Virus record (IMG/VR): IMGVR_UViG_3300002144_000477
Span: 96,001 to 160,000 of that record
Strand: one strand, 5' to 3'
Source of the DNA: a virus
DNA: 64,000 bases
Position 1 is the first letter of the stretch, and each line of letters opens with the position of its first letter. Positions 29,200 to 38,442 of the stretch are shown piece by piece. Below the pieces are notes generated by a model, which was not told the DNA's origin, ran no database searches, and saw only the letters and a list, made by a program, of their open reading frames with translations. The translations under genes were made by a program, and so were the position numbers.

Positions 29200-29619
29200 T
29201 TACACCACAGATTCAGGCAATGCGTCGATTAAATACTGCTCCGAAATGCCATGGGTATCGTATCCTTGCAATACCATATCGTAGTAACCGTTTGATGGGT
29301 CAGTTAATTGCGCACCTTCGGTCATGTAATACATAAGTGCTTCGATAGTATCTCCATTCTCGGTAGTTACTGTAACAAATTTGCGTAGATAATAATCAGG
29401 AAACCCCTCGAATGCATCTAATGATTGCAAGCATTCATTACTAATTTGCCATAATACTCCGGGCGCTATATGTCCATTATATTGAATCATATCAGCATGA
29501 TATTTAAATACCATTTTGTAATCTTTAATATATCCAACACCAATGGCACGAGCATTGGGGCACCTTTGAGACATTGAATCAAGATTGGTATTCATTCCGT
29601 AGGCAAAATAGTATGTCAT
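29200..29619 (-). CDS. gamma-glutamylcyclotransferase-family protein
   Basis: YFAYGMN, GVLW, LDAFEG..YY, PS..Y. Confidence 0.85.
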   Translation of the reverse strand: MTYYFAYGMNTNLDSMSQRCPNARAIGVGYIKDYKMVFKYHADMIQYNGHIAPGVLWQISNECLQSLDAFEGFPDYYLRKFVTVTTENGDTIEALMYYMTEGAQLTDPSNGYYDMVLQGYDTHGISEQYLIDALPESVV

Positions 29620-29637
29620 TAATTGGTTTCCTTGCGG

Positions 29638-29826
29638 TTATTTAAATTTTACGTTGCGTAAATACTCAATTCGTTGTTTAATTTCAGCTACTCGTTCTGG
29701 AATTGTAACAGCAGATCTTACTGGCATATTAACTCTTTTAGGCTGTATTGGAGACTTAGGCCTAATAGGAAATATTGGTTTTACATCTTTTGCATTACGA
29801 AACATAACTATCAGAAACATCGGCAA
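29638..29826 (-). CDS. small basic hypothetical protein
   Basis: Fills the gap in a minus-strand early unit; start uncertain. Confidence 0.5.
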   Translation of the reverse strand: MPMFLIVMFRNAKDVKPIFPIRPKSPIQPKRVNMPVRSAVTIPERVAEIKQRIEYLRNVKFK

Positions 29827-29947
29827 GTTGGGTTACAATCTGATTTGTGATTACCACACCACCGTGTATTTGTTGGTATAACTCAGCAACCGATTTTACG
29901 TAGAAAGTATAGACTTTTCCAGTGCTAGTAATCAATGAAAATGGCAT
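29795..29947 (-). CDS. small hypothetical protein
   Basis: AAGGA SD before ATG 29947, directly behind a promoter. Confidence 0.65.
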   Translation of the reverse strand: MPFSLITSTGKVYTFYVKSVAELYQQIHGGVVITNQIVTQLADVSDSYVS

Positions 29948-29980
29948 GGTATTTCCTTGTTTGTTGCTGTCTATATATTT

Positions 29981-30009
29981 ATTATAGTGCCTGTGCCTTA
30001 AAAAGTCAA
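29981..30009 (-). promoter_or_regulatory. sigma70-type early promoter
   Basis: TTGACT-17-TATAAT with the same GACAGCAACA leader as the repeats. Confidence 0.85.
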
Positions 30010-30138
30010 CCAAAATCTGTGGGATTTACGCAACTCTTGTATCAGTACATTGATAAATAACTACAGTACACAGTAGTAACAAGGGCCCACTATCTACTAC
30101 TGTTCGTGCAGATTTATAAATCATCAGGAGATAAACAA

Positions 30139-31107
30139 ATGGAAAAACGTACTTTACGTTGGGTTTTAGCCCATGAGCCAATCGAAATTTTTATTCGTGC
30201 GGCAACCCGCTTTGCTAAAATTGTTACCGAAGCCACAGATGGCCAAGTTGATATCGAAATTCTTTCTACAGAAGAATACGCACAAAAATATCACGGTGTA
30301 GCCCGTGCCGATACACAATATCGCTACGAACTAATTAAGCACCTCGAAGCAGGCGAGTTAGAAATGAGCCAAATGTATACAACTACATTAGGCACTATGT
30401 TTGACAAAGACCTACTAGCACTAGATATGCCATTCTTGTTTAAGGATCACGATCACGTAGCTCGTGTACTAGATGGCGAAATTGGTACAGGTCTACGTGA
30501 CGGCTTCGCAGCTAAGACAAATGCACAACCATTGGCATTTACATACAGCGGCGGATTCCGCGTACTACCATCTAGCAAAGAAGTTGCAACACTTGCAGAT
30601 TTAGCTGGTGAAAAAGTTCGCACAGGTAGCGAAGTTTCTAAGGAAACATTCAAAGCCATCGGTTGTGAAGTAGTTGACGGTATTTTAATTGAAGAAGTTG
30701 GTGCCGCACTTGGCGACGGTCGCATCGTTGCTGGCGAAAGCACATACCCACGCTTATACGGCGGCGAGCAGTTTGTTAGCCCAAGTAAAACAGCTAAGGT
30801 TGTTGTAAACTCAGAGCACAGCTTGTTCCTAACAACTATCCTTATCAACAAGGATGTATGGGCTAGCTTTAGCGCAGAGCTACAGGAGATCATGCTCCAC
30901 GCCGCTAAAGAAGCAGCCATTGAAGAGCGCAAAGAAGCACTATTGGATATTGAGAAAAACCGTATCCGTTTAGCGCAAGACGGCGTTGAAGTGGTATATT
31001 TGTCCGATGCTGACATGGCTGAGTTCCGTGCCCGTACTGCACCAGTATACGAAACACTTGATTCAATGTTTAGCGAAGGCCTAGTAGGCAAGATCAAGTC
31101 TGCTTAA
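30139..31107 (+). CDS. TRAP-transporter DctP-like solute-binding protein, no signal peptide
   Basis: TDGQVDIEI, LDMPFLFKD..H, GGFR, DLAGEKVR; AGGAG SD before ATG 30139. Confidence 0.85.
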   Translation: MEKRTLRWVLAHEPIEIFIRAATRFAKIVTEATDGQVDIEILSTEEYAQKYHGVARADTQYRYELIKHLEAGELEMSQMYTTTLGTMFDKDLLALDMPFLFKDHDHVARVLDGEIGTGLRDGFAAKTNAQPLAFTYSGGFRVLPSSKEVATLADLAGEKVRTGSEVSKETFKAIGCEVVDGILIEEVGAALGDGRIVAGESTYPRLYGGEQFVSPSKTAKVVVNSEHSLFLTTILINKDVWASFSAELQEIMLHAAKEAAIEERKEALLDIEKNRIRLAQDGVEVVYLSDADMAEFRARTAPVYETLDSMFSEGLVGKIKSA

Positions 31108-31130
31108 TTTTTAATTAGCACACAAGAGTT

Positions 31131-31160
31131 AGAAAAAGGTACCAAACGGTACCTTTTTCT
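31131..31160. terminator. intrinsic terminator, potentially bidirectional
   Basis: AGAAAAAGGTACC-AAAC-GGTACCTTTTTCT. Confidence 0.85.
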
Positions 31161-31210
31161 TTGTCTACGATATGTTATGTGTAAATAATACTAAGGAGAT
31201 TATTTAAATC

Positions 31211-31495
31211 ATGTTTAACTTTTTTGTAAAATTTATCGAGCGCTTTTTCGGATCACTGCCTAAGGTTGATTCCGTTGGAGAGTTAGCCCCGTATAAAATT
31301 GAACCCCCAGCATCAGTTGAGGAACCGCCTGCAAAGGCAACTGCTACGCCGGCAATAAAAGTAGTCAAGCCAAAGAAGGCCAACGCACCAGCTACGCCTA
31401 AAGCCAAAGCACCAGCTACGCCTAAAGCCAACGCACCTAAAGCATCTTCTACGCCTAAAGCCAAAGCACCTAAAGCACCTGCATCTAAAAAGTAA
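31211..31495 (+). CDS. Pro/Lys/Ala-rich histone-H1-like protein
   Basis: Repeated (N/K)APATPKA units encoded by GCACCAGCTACGCCTAAAGCC repeats; TAAGGAG SD. Confidence 0.7.
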   Translation: MFNFFVKFIERFFGSLPKVDSVGELAPYKIEPPASVEEPPAKATATPAIKVVKPKKANAPATPKAKAPATPKANAPKASSTPKAKAPKAPASKK

Positions 31496-32512
31496 ATGAT
31501 ATACTGCTTTGACGAAGATGTTAGTTTTTTTAACTACATTCTAGAAAAAGATAGTATACCATACACTAGGTCTCAAAGTCCAACGAATTCGGTGGTATTA
31601 CTACATACACCGTATCCTTGGACTTTGTCTTGGGCAAATAAAGTTGAAACAGTGTTGCAGTCTAACCCTAGACGAGTTATAGTATTTGTAACCGAACTAC
31701 ACGAACCAGTGTCGAACTGGATAATTCAGCATCCTAATTTAGAGTACTACAGTGCCGGAATTGTATATAGACGCTCAACTATCAAACAGCACTACTACAT
31801 GGATTGGTTTGCTATTACCAGGGACTTTTATCAAAATCGCGAGCACATATTATCAGACGTATGGTCTAGCAAGGTCTGCGATACAGTTACAGTAAATGCA
31901 TTACTGGGTCGCAAAAAGCCGCACCGCGATATTGTTTATGCTGGACTAAAAGACAATCCTAATGTTGTTATGACCTACATGCATACGCAACATAGCATTA
32001 CTAGCAATGTGCAAGACCCTAATCAGTTTGTATGGGAGGGGAAGCCGCAGTCAGTTAACTGGACCATTGATAAAATTGATTACGACGGCGAACAAGTAAG
32101 TTTGAGTCAGGTAATTCCGACATCTATATATAAAAATACCAGCTGGTGTCTCGTAGCAGAAACAAACTATCACAGCGGCTATATTTTCTTTACTGAGAAA
32201 ATAGCTAAACCTATATTAGCAAAAAAGCCGTTTATCATTGCTGGCAACCCGCATAGTTTACCGGTACTACACGCACTCGGGTTTAAAACATTTTCTAATC
32301 TAATAGACGAGTCGTATGATTCAATTGAGGACATGGATGTTAGGATGAGTACAGTGGTATCTGTAACTAACTACCTAACATCCATGCCGCCTGCTAAAGT
32401 TCGTGCCATGCACGACCATATTCAACACATAGTTGAGCACAACTATCGTGTGATGATGGATACTGATTGGCAACGAACTAACCTAGATAAACTTAGCAAA
32501 ATGATCCTCTAA
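31496..32512 (+). CDS. GT-B-like (GT10/exostosin-like) protein, paralog of 15254..16348
   Basis: LVAETN..FTEKIAKPI..PF..GFKTFSNLIDESYD. Confidence 0.6.
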   Translation: MIYCFDEDVSFFNYILEKDSIPYTRSQSPTNSVVLLHTPYPWTLSWANKVETVLQSNPRRVIVFVTELHEPVSNWIIQHPNLEYYSAGIVYRRSTIKQHYYMDWFAITRDFYQNREHILSDVWSSKVCDTVTVNALLGRKKPHRDIVYAGLKDNPNVVMTYMHTQHSITSNVQDPNQFVWEGKPQSVNWTIDKIDYDGEQVSLSQVIPTSIYKNTSWCLVAETNYHSGYIFFTEKIAKPILAKKPFIIAGNPHSLPVLHALGFKTFSNLIDESYDSIEDMDVRMSTVVSVTNYLTSMPPAKVRAMHDHIQHIVEHNYRVMMDTDWQRTNLDKLSKMIL

Positions 32513-33031
32513 GGTCATGTTGGTATCAACAGGGATACCATCCCAGGTTTCGAACGCCCCAATTATATTAAAGCAATACTCGTAACGTTTCCAAAAATTG
32601 TAAATGTCTGGAGTATTGTTGTTCCACCCTTTTGCTTTAAGTTCATTATCAAGGGTTACACTCAGCTTACAAGTAGGCATATTGCATGCTTGCTCAGCAG
32701 TGATAACTTCTTGCAGTAGCAAATCACGAATAGTACTATTAGGCACCATATGTTCGAAGATGCCTTTGCCCTCAACTCCTACTTCAACATAGTGTGAACC
32801 AAAGTTTTCTTTAATACAATAGCCGTGATATCTGCGAAGGGCATTATCAATATCGTCTCTAATTAAACGACTAGTCTGTTCGTCGTTTAATGTAGTTTTA
32901 TATAGATTAACCAGTCGCGCTAAGTTATTAAACACATACTTGCTAGTCGCTTTATACGACTCGGTATTGCGCTTAGTACGTACATACACTGGCTGCCGGA
33001 ACGCAGTAATTGCTTCTTGCAACGTTGTCAT
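32483..33031 (-). CDS. hypothetical protein, possible HNH/DUF1524-like nuclease
   Basis: FEHMVP motif; TAATG coupling to the upstream DGQQR gene. Confidence 0.45.
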   Translation of the reverse strand: MTTLQEAITAFRQPVYVRTKRNTESYKATSKYVFNNLARLVNLYKTTLNDEQTSRLIRDDIDNALRRYHGYCIKENFGSHYVEVGVEGKGIFEHMVPNSTIRDLLLQEVITAEQACNMPTCKLSVTLDNELKAKGWNNNTPDIYNFWKRYEYCFNIIGAFETWDGIPVDTNMTLEDHFAKFI

Positions 33032-34104
33032 TATGCTGCCTTACGCTTTGCTAACACCCCACGAGGCATCAGTCCACGAACGGGATTAGTAGCTACCTGC
33101 ATCTTTGCACCTTCACCGTGGTATGGTAATACAATCTTGCCGTCAGCAATCATATAAACTTCTCGCAGAAAGTTGCTCATTGCACTCGGGGCACTCCATG
33201 TTGCACCAGGGTTAATATGTGCCCATTGCAATTTTGCCTTTGCATGCACTAGATCACTGCTAGAGTAAATTGTACTAACTGCTTTTAACACTTTACGCAT
33301 CCACCGTGCTGGCAGTTTCTGAGTTGAGCCAATACGAGCAAGTTCGTATAAGCCAATGAAAACACCTTGATCAATTTCTTCCTGGTCAGGGAAGGCATAC
33401 AAGATAGCATCAAGTATTTCAAATAAAATGCGTCCAGAATTATCAAGGTCAATTCCTTTGTACGCATACTTGAAGTGACTAAAGAAGTGCTCGTTAATCC
33501 CACATTGAGTGGGACTCTTACGTGCATTTTTATCTTGCAAGTCAATGCCTAATGCATCAAATTGATCTTGCAAGGTCCTTGCCCGCGCATTTCTGATATC
33601 GTGACTACCTAGTTTCCAGCGAGTGAGTGCATTGCGGTGCAGATCGCCGGGAGTTAGTTTTTTAACACCAGTCTCGTTTAGCATTTCAAATGCGTAACTA
33701 GGAAATGCTGGGTCGTTCGTTACAACTACAGTACAGGGTCCTGCGGGATAGCCCAAAATTGCCATAGCAATGCTTCGTTGCTGTCCATCATATATTGTTG
33801 TGATATTGGGATCTACTATGGTAGGGTAGCCGTCAACCTGACACGAACTAGCAGGCCCACATAGCCGCGGGTCAAAGTTTCTCATAATGTTGAGAATGTG
33901 TTTCGGAATGGCAGCTCGTTGTACTTCGTAGTCTAGCCATTGAGTGTCAAAATCAACGAAGTGTGTGCCTGTGGGGAATTGATGGCCGTTACCGTCCACT
34001 CGTTTTCTGAGTACAGATATAGCCTTAGAATCTACTCCGAAATCACTTTGGAGAATTAAACGAACTTCGTTTACGACGTCTGAGAATTTACGAGTTAATC
34101 GCAT
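33031..34104 (-). CDS. ParB/Srx-fold DGQQR protein (DUF262/GmrS-like)
   Basis: YEVQR, IYDGQQR, AFEMLNETG..LTPGDL; AAGGA SD before ATG 34104. Confidence 0.7.
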   Translation of the reverse strand: MRLTRKFSDVVNEVRLILQSDFGVDSKAISVLRKRVDGNGHQFPTGTHFVDFDTQWLDYEVQRAAIPKHILNIMRNFDPRLCGPASSCQVDGYPTIVDPNITTIYDGQQRSIAMAILGYPAGPCTVVVTNDPAFPSYAFEMLNETGVKKLTPGDLHRNALTRWKLGSHDIRNARARTLQDQFDALGIDLQDKNARKSPTQCGINEHFFSHFKYAYKGIDLDNSGRILFEILDAILYAFPDQEEIDQGVFIGLYELARIGSTQKLPARWMRKVLKAVSTIYSSSDLVHAKAKLQWAHINPGATWSAPSAMSNFLREVYMIADGKIVLPYHGEGAKMQVATNPVRGLMPRGVLAKRKAA

Positions 34105-34161
34105 GATATGTTTCCTTTTAAAATAAAAATAGCCTTCGGGACAATCCCTCAGCATGTATCT

Positions 34162-34191
34162 ATTATACAATAAAAAAAGCCGGCATGTCAA
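34162..34191 (-). promoter_or_regulatory. sigma70-type promoter overlapping a terminator hairpin
   Basis: TTGACA-18-TATAAT. Confidence 0.7.
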
Positions 34192-34201
34192 CCGGCTTTT
34201 T
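34172..34201. terminator. intrinsic terminator, potentially bidirectional
   Basis: AAAAAAAGCCGG-CATGTCAA-CCGGCTTTTT. Confidence 0.85.
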
Positions 34202-34232
34202 AATCTTTTTAATGTAAGTAGTAAGTATTACT

Positions 34233-34892
34233 TTACCTTGACGCTACTTCATAGTAAAACAAATGACTATCAATTCTGCCTATGTAATGTATACGTTTAC
34301 TCCATGATGGGTTTACGTAATTAGCATGATAGTGTGTAGCGCCACTTACTAGGCCATCCCACCGGTTATGTAACACAATGTCGCTCGCAATTGATTTTGC
34401 TTGACTATACGCATTAGTATCTCTAATTTCGTCTGGCAATCCATCGCAGTACCAACTAAATTGACATTTGTTTTTTACAGGAACCATTCTAGCATCTATT
34501 GTGTCAGGTGTGCCTCGGGTTTTCCAACTTTCTGTATAAACAGCATCTTTAACTACTCCGCAGATTGTGTTAGGCCATCTATTATCTCTGAGACGATTTA
34601 TAACAACACGACCGACTGCAATCATACCGTCGGTGCTTTGGTTGCGTGCCTCAAAATAGATATTGTCAGCTAGACATTCTATAGCGGCAGTTGGGTCTTT
34701 ACTAATTGGCGTAGCAGATAGGTACTGCTCTAGTAACAGATTTAATGTTGCAGCTTCGCTGTCGGATACAACTAAAATTGGGTGAGAATAGCTGTGTCTA
34801 ATTGGGCTGGCATCGGTTGCACTAGATGTCACCATAGTTCCTCCGAACGAAAGTGCAGTCACGATAGCAACAATAGCAAATATTTTGCTCAT
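34233..34892 (-). CDS. SleB/Hydrolase_2-family cell-wall hydrolase
   Basis: CLADNIYFEAR, VVINR, CQFSW, GATHYHA, HLFY; hydrophobic N-terminus. Confidence 0.92.
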   Translation of the reverse strand: MSKIFAIVAIVTALSFGGTMVTSSATDASPIRHSYSHPILVVSDSEAATLNLLLEQYLSATPISKDPTAAIECLADNIYFEARNQSTDGMIAVGRVVINRLRDNRWPNTICGVVKDAVYTESWKTRGTPDTIDARMVPVKNKCQFSWYCDGLPDEIRDTNAYSQAKSIASDIVLHNRWDGLVSGATHYHANYVNPSWSKRIHYIGRIDSHLFYYEVASR

Positions 34893-34967
34893 AGTTTCTT
34901 CCTTTTTTCAAGTGGGTTTACTATTTACTAACTGTATAACACCTAGTAAACAATATACTTTACAAGT

Positions 34968-35351
34968 TTAAGAATATTTCTCTAGATTGTCAAGATATTC
35001 GGCAATATTGCCAGCATGCAACTCTAGCATAAGATGGTCTTGTTCGTCGAGTATTGCCAGCCTGTGGCTTTGCTTGTATACGTAATACGGTCCGTTTAGA
35101 TACCGCTCGAGCTGTAACAGTGTTTTGCCGTTTAAAGGTTTACTAAACTCGTACTTATAAACCTGCATCTTTAATTTAGCAACCAGTGCCCAACCAGCCG
35201 TGGACAGGTGTAAGCTATTGGGGTTTGTTGGATTTTTCCATGCAAGTAGATGCAGTTCTCGTATGGTTATGTCAGTGGAGTCAGCAACAGAAAACAGTAT
35301 CTTTGTTAATTGTTGCTGACTATACTGCTTATGGGAAGATCTGATCACCAT
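34968..35351 (-). CDS. hypothetical phage protein
   Basis: Coupled ORF; LLQLERYLNGPYY. Confidence 0.7.
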   Translation of the reverse strand: MVIRSSHKQYSQQQLTKILFSVADSTDITIRELHLLAWKNPTNPNSLHLSTAGWALVAKLKMQVYKYEFSKPLNGKTLLQLERYLNGPYYVYKQSHRLAILDEQDHLMLELHAGNIAEYLDNLEKYS

Positions 35352-35616
35352 GCTTTAGTAATACAACCGAAAACTTGTTGGTCTTAAACAACAAATTGAG
35401 TTTTTTTGCTAAATTGATAGCATGCCCTGGGTTACTAAAGCTGACCTTTTTATATTTTGGCCCGGGGTAATGCACTAATATGTTATGCGTCTTAAGATTA
35501 ATCGGCATGTTATCGTGATACACCGCCCATATACCGTCGCTAATTAGCACTTGGTCACTCTTAAATGTTTTTTTATCGATATGCTCAATAACAATAGTTG
35601 GTTTAGGTCTTGACAT
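35329..35616 (-). CDS. hypothetical phage protein
   Basis: MSRPKP..YPGPKYKKVSFSNPGHAINLAKKLN. Confidence 0.8.
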   Translation of the reverse strand: MSRPKPTIVIEHIDKKTFKSDQVLISDGIWAVYHDNMPINLKTHNILVHYPGPKYKKVSFSNPGHAINLAKKLNLLFKTNKFSVVLLKHGDQIFP

Positions 35617-35669
35617 GTGATCTCTTATTGAAAAATAATATACTATTATTTACCTTAAGTTATAACGGG

Positions 35670-35894
35670 TTAAAACTTTCCGCCATCTAAATCGACTTGG
35701 ACGACTAACTGCTCTAAGTACAATTGATGCAACTCTACATTTAGCGACAGTAGTTTAACAATGTCACTTAGCATTGCTGTTGCTAGGTCAATGTCAATCA
35801 CAAGGTCTTTGCGACGCCCTTGTTGAGCGATTTTAACTCTTTCGCTAAATGTTTGTAGGTGTTGAGTTAGTTTGATTGGCGTGTTAGATTCCAT
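35670..35894 (-). CDS. hypothetical phage protein
   Basis: Coupled ORF ending LDGGKF. Confidence 0.7.
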   Translation of the reverse strand: MESNTPIKLTQHLQTFSERVKIAQQGRRKDLVIDIDLATAMLSDIVKLLSLNVELHQLYLEQLVVQVDLDGGKF

Positions 35895-36337
35895 GCATGT
35901 ACCATTTCTTTTTCAGTTTTAAACGGTCCCATGTACGGGTATCGTTTAACAGTAATTAGTTTTGGGCAGTAATGACTAATCCAGTTGCCCGGATCCAGTT
36001 CAATGCAGTAGTATCCTGCACAAAACATACTCTTGCTACCAGCACTTTTACTATAGATAGGTATGCCAGTTTGCACGTTGTACGTAATATTGTATGCACG
36101 TGAATCTACCGGATATCCGTACAGCTCATTACTATTGCTAGACTTTGTCTGCTTACCCTTAACTACAAGATTGTAGTATTTTGTAATATCAGTGATGCTA
36201 GGAAATTTTGCACGTGATCCGTCATCGACATAGGTAAACCCGCCACCCTCAATTGCTTGAATAGTGCCCACTTTATTACCTTCTTCTTCTACGATCCAGA
36301 ATTTGTTCTTAACTACTGGAGTTGCTACTTTGGTCAT
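35867..36337 (-). CDS. hypothetical phage protein
   Basis: KFWIVE..CAGYY..CPKLIT..GPFKT. Confidence 0.8.
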   Translation of the reverse strand: MTKVATPVVKNKFWIVEEEGNKVGTIQAIEGGGFTYVDDGSRAKFPSITDITKYYNLVVKGKQTKSSNSNELYGYPVDSRAYNITYNVQTGIPIYSKSAGSKSMFCAGYYCIELDPGNWISHYCPKLITVKRYPYMGPFKTEKEMVHAWNLTRQSN

Positions 36338-37326
36338 GTTGGTTTATACTCCGATGATAAAATATCTGCAAATTGCTTTGCATTCTCGCTAATGCGTGTG
36401 AGCTCGTATTTGCCGCAGAATTTTAAGAATTTACTTCCTATTTGCGATACTTGCTTTGGTACGCTATTATCAGCGATTGTTTGAGCAATCATTTCTTTGA
36501 TATGGTCTGGTTGTGCAGTTAAGTCAACTAGTATTCGATTGCGTTCATAGTCGTCGAGTACACGATGCTCAACGTCATTGTGATCCACCCAGCGTTGTAA
36601 CATCATGTTATTCCAGTTAAAGCCTTTAGTCAGGCGATCAGCAAATGCTTGCTCAAGCCCAATTTTATTCTTAGTACCTTTAGTTCTTACTCCCGGGTAT
36701 GCACTAAACACATTGTCACTAGTGTCGCCGCGCATGCATTTCTCAAAAAGTAACCATGCAGGCTCCGGAATCTTTTTAGGTTCTTTTGTTTTCTTATCAA
36801 GCACTGGCTTACCTTTTTTATCAAATATGCCATTGATAGTATGCAGTTCTTCTGAAATTCCGTTATACTGCTGTACATTGTCTGATAGGAGTTGATAAAA
36901 ATCGCTATCGCTACTAACAATAGTATGCTCGTCGGTTGGATGAGCTTGGATCCACCCTGCAATGAGATCGTCTGCTTCTAAGTTAGGATGTTGCAATACT
37001 GTGCAATTACTCTTGTTTGTAACAAAGTCCTTAAACTCATCAAAGGTTTCCCAAAAGAGTTTATCTTCTTCTTGCTCGGATACGGTTAATGCGGCACGAG
37101 CAACAGCACGATTCTTTTTGTAAGGCTCGTAAAAGTCTTTGCGCCAGCTTCGTCCTTCTAAGCAGAATACAACATGGTCTGCTTTTTGTTCGCGCCATAC
37201 TTTAGCAATGCCGTTAAGCGTTACATGCATAGCAAAGCCTAGTTTAGTCCATGTATCTGCCGCACGGAATGCCGCGTGTCTTGCTCTAAAGAATGTGTTT
37301 GCTGTATCGATTACCAAGTATTTCAT
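36334..37326 (-). CDS. rnh: 5'-3' exonuclease / RNase H (T4 Rnh, FEN family)
   Basis: LVID, SWRK..YKKNR, LEADD, SSDSDFYQL, GDTSDNV. Confidence 0.9.
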   Translation of the reverse strand: MKYLVIDTANTFFRARHAAFRAADTWTKLGFAMHVTLNGIAKVWREQKADHVVFCLEGRSWRKDFYEPYKKNRAVARAALTVSEQEEDKLFWETFDEFKDFVTNKSNCTVLQHPNLEADDLIAGWIQAHPTDEHTIVSSDSDFYQLLSDNVQQYNGISEELHTINGIFDKKGKPVLDKKTKEPKKIPEPAWLLFEKCMRGDTSDNVFSAYPGVRTKGTKNKIGLEQAFADRLTKGFNWNNMMLQRWVDHNDVEHRVLDDYERNRILVDLTAQPDHIKEMIAQTIADNSVPKQVSQIGSKFLKFCGKYELTRISENAKQFADILSSEYKPT

Positions 37327-37359
37327 TAAAATGTCCAAACTTATTACTAATGTGTAACT

Positions 37360-37388
37360 ATTATAACAGAAACAACTGCGTCTGTCAA
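37360..37388 (-). promoter_or_regulatory. sigma70-type promoter
   Basis: TTGACA-17-TATAAT. Confidence 0.88.
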
Positions 37389-38101
37389 CTGGTATCTAGA
37401 TTGTTTTTTAGTAATTCAGCCCATGCAACGTGACCATCTGCACCGAAATGATAACTATTTGGGTTTACCGTATTATAACCATTAGCTTTAAGCCATGTAA
37501 AATAGGTAGCAGATTCGTTGTATGGATTTATATAGGAGTTACCCCAATTGAATTTAGGAATGCTGTGCGCAACCACATTATTGAAATACAAATAGGTATT
37601 AAAAAATAGATGCGGTATCTTACGTTGTTCTAACGAGAGATGCCACTCCCAAATTCTGTTATGCCAATAGAACTCAATGTCTCTATGACGTTCGGGCGAC
37701 GATTGTTCTATTACCCAATGTTTATATTTATCTTTTAAATCTGCAGGTACACTGTCAACACCGCTTGCATTTACTTGGTAGTAGTTTTTATCTTGGCCGA
37801 TCCATTCTTCACGCTCCCACGTACTCCACCCTATTAGTACTAAGTTAGGTGTAGGGTTAGTTGCTAACCAATCTTCGGTTGTTCGGATAATACGATCGTT
37901 ACTACTAGCACTTTCGCTATTGTTAACCACTTGCCATCCAAGGTGTTGAGCAAGTAAGTTGCCAAAACTTGCTATTACATTATCAGGATGAGGTCGTCGG
38001 TCCGGCGGCGGATAAGTCCATGGATCATCTTCTGCAAATGCAAACGGAACTACAGCTTCGGCTCCAGCAGAGTGACTATCGCCGTTAACGTATAATACCA
38101 T
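37385..38101 (-). CDS. SGNH/GDSL-like protein
   Basis: NGDSHSAG, SSNDRI, IGWS, YHFGADGH. Confidence 0.7.
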   Translation of the reverse strand: MVLYVNGDSHSAGAEAVVPFAFAEDDPWTYPPPDRRPHPDNVIASFGNLLAQHLGWQVVNNSESASSNDRIIRTTEDWLATNPTPNLVLIGWSTWEREEWIGQDKNYYQVNASGVDSVPADLKDKYKHWVIEQSSPERHRDIEFYWHNRIWEWHLSLEQRKIPHLFFNTYLYFNNVVAHSIPKFNWGNSYINPYNESATYFTWLKANGYNTVNPNSYHFGADGHVAWAELLKNNLDTS

Positions 38102-38442
38102 TAGCTATCCTTATTATACTTGTTAGTGGCTTCCCATTGTTCGTGGTTTTCTTGCAGTATATTTCTGCAGATATCGTGAAACCAGCGATCAACAATTACA
38201 GACTCATCTTCGTTTGGTTTTTGTTGATAGCCAGCTCGAACTAAGTTTGTTACAAACTTCTCATTCCAGTCTAGTTCAAACGCACCGTTGCTTGGGCTAG
38301 CTTCATCCAGTTCCACTGATAGTACAGCGATGTATGGCTCTCCATTTGCTGTTGCAATGTCCTTTGCAGACTTCTTTGGTTTAGGAGCCTCTTTTTTATC
38401 TTCGGGTTTGGGCTTTTTCTTGCCCCAATCAAATAGTCCCAT
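38101..38442 (-). CDS. hypothetical phage protein
   Basis: GGAGG SD before ATG 38442; GAFELDWN..VDRWF. Confidence 0.8.
   Translation of the reverse strand: MGLFDWGKKKPKPEDKKEAPKPKKSAKDIATANGEPYIAVLSVELDEASPSNGAFELDWNEKFVTNLVRAGYQQKPNEDESVIVDRWFHDICRNILQENHEQWEATNKYNKDS

Noticed and set aside
30453-31097. Long antisense ORFs such as 30453..31097, 25533..26039, 45142..45558 and 57261..57701
   Set aside because: They are shadows of well-supported genes on the opposite strand, with no SD or motifs.
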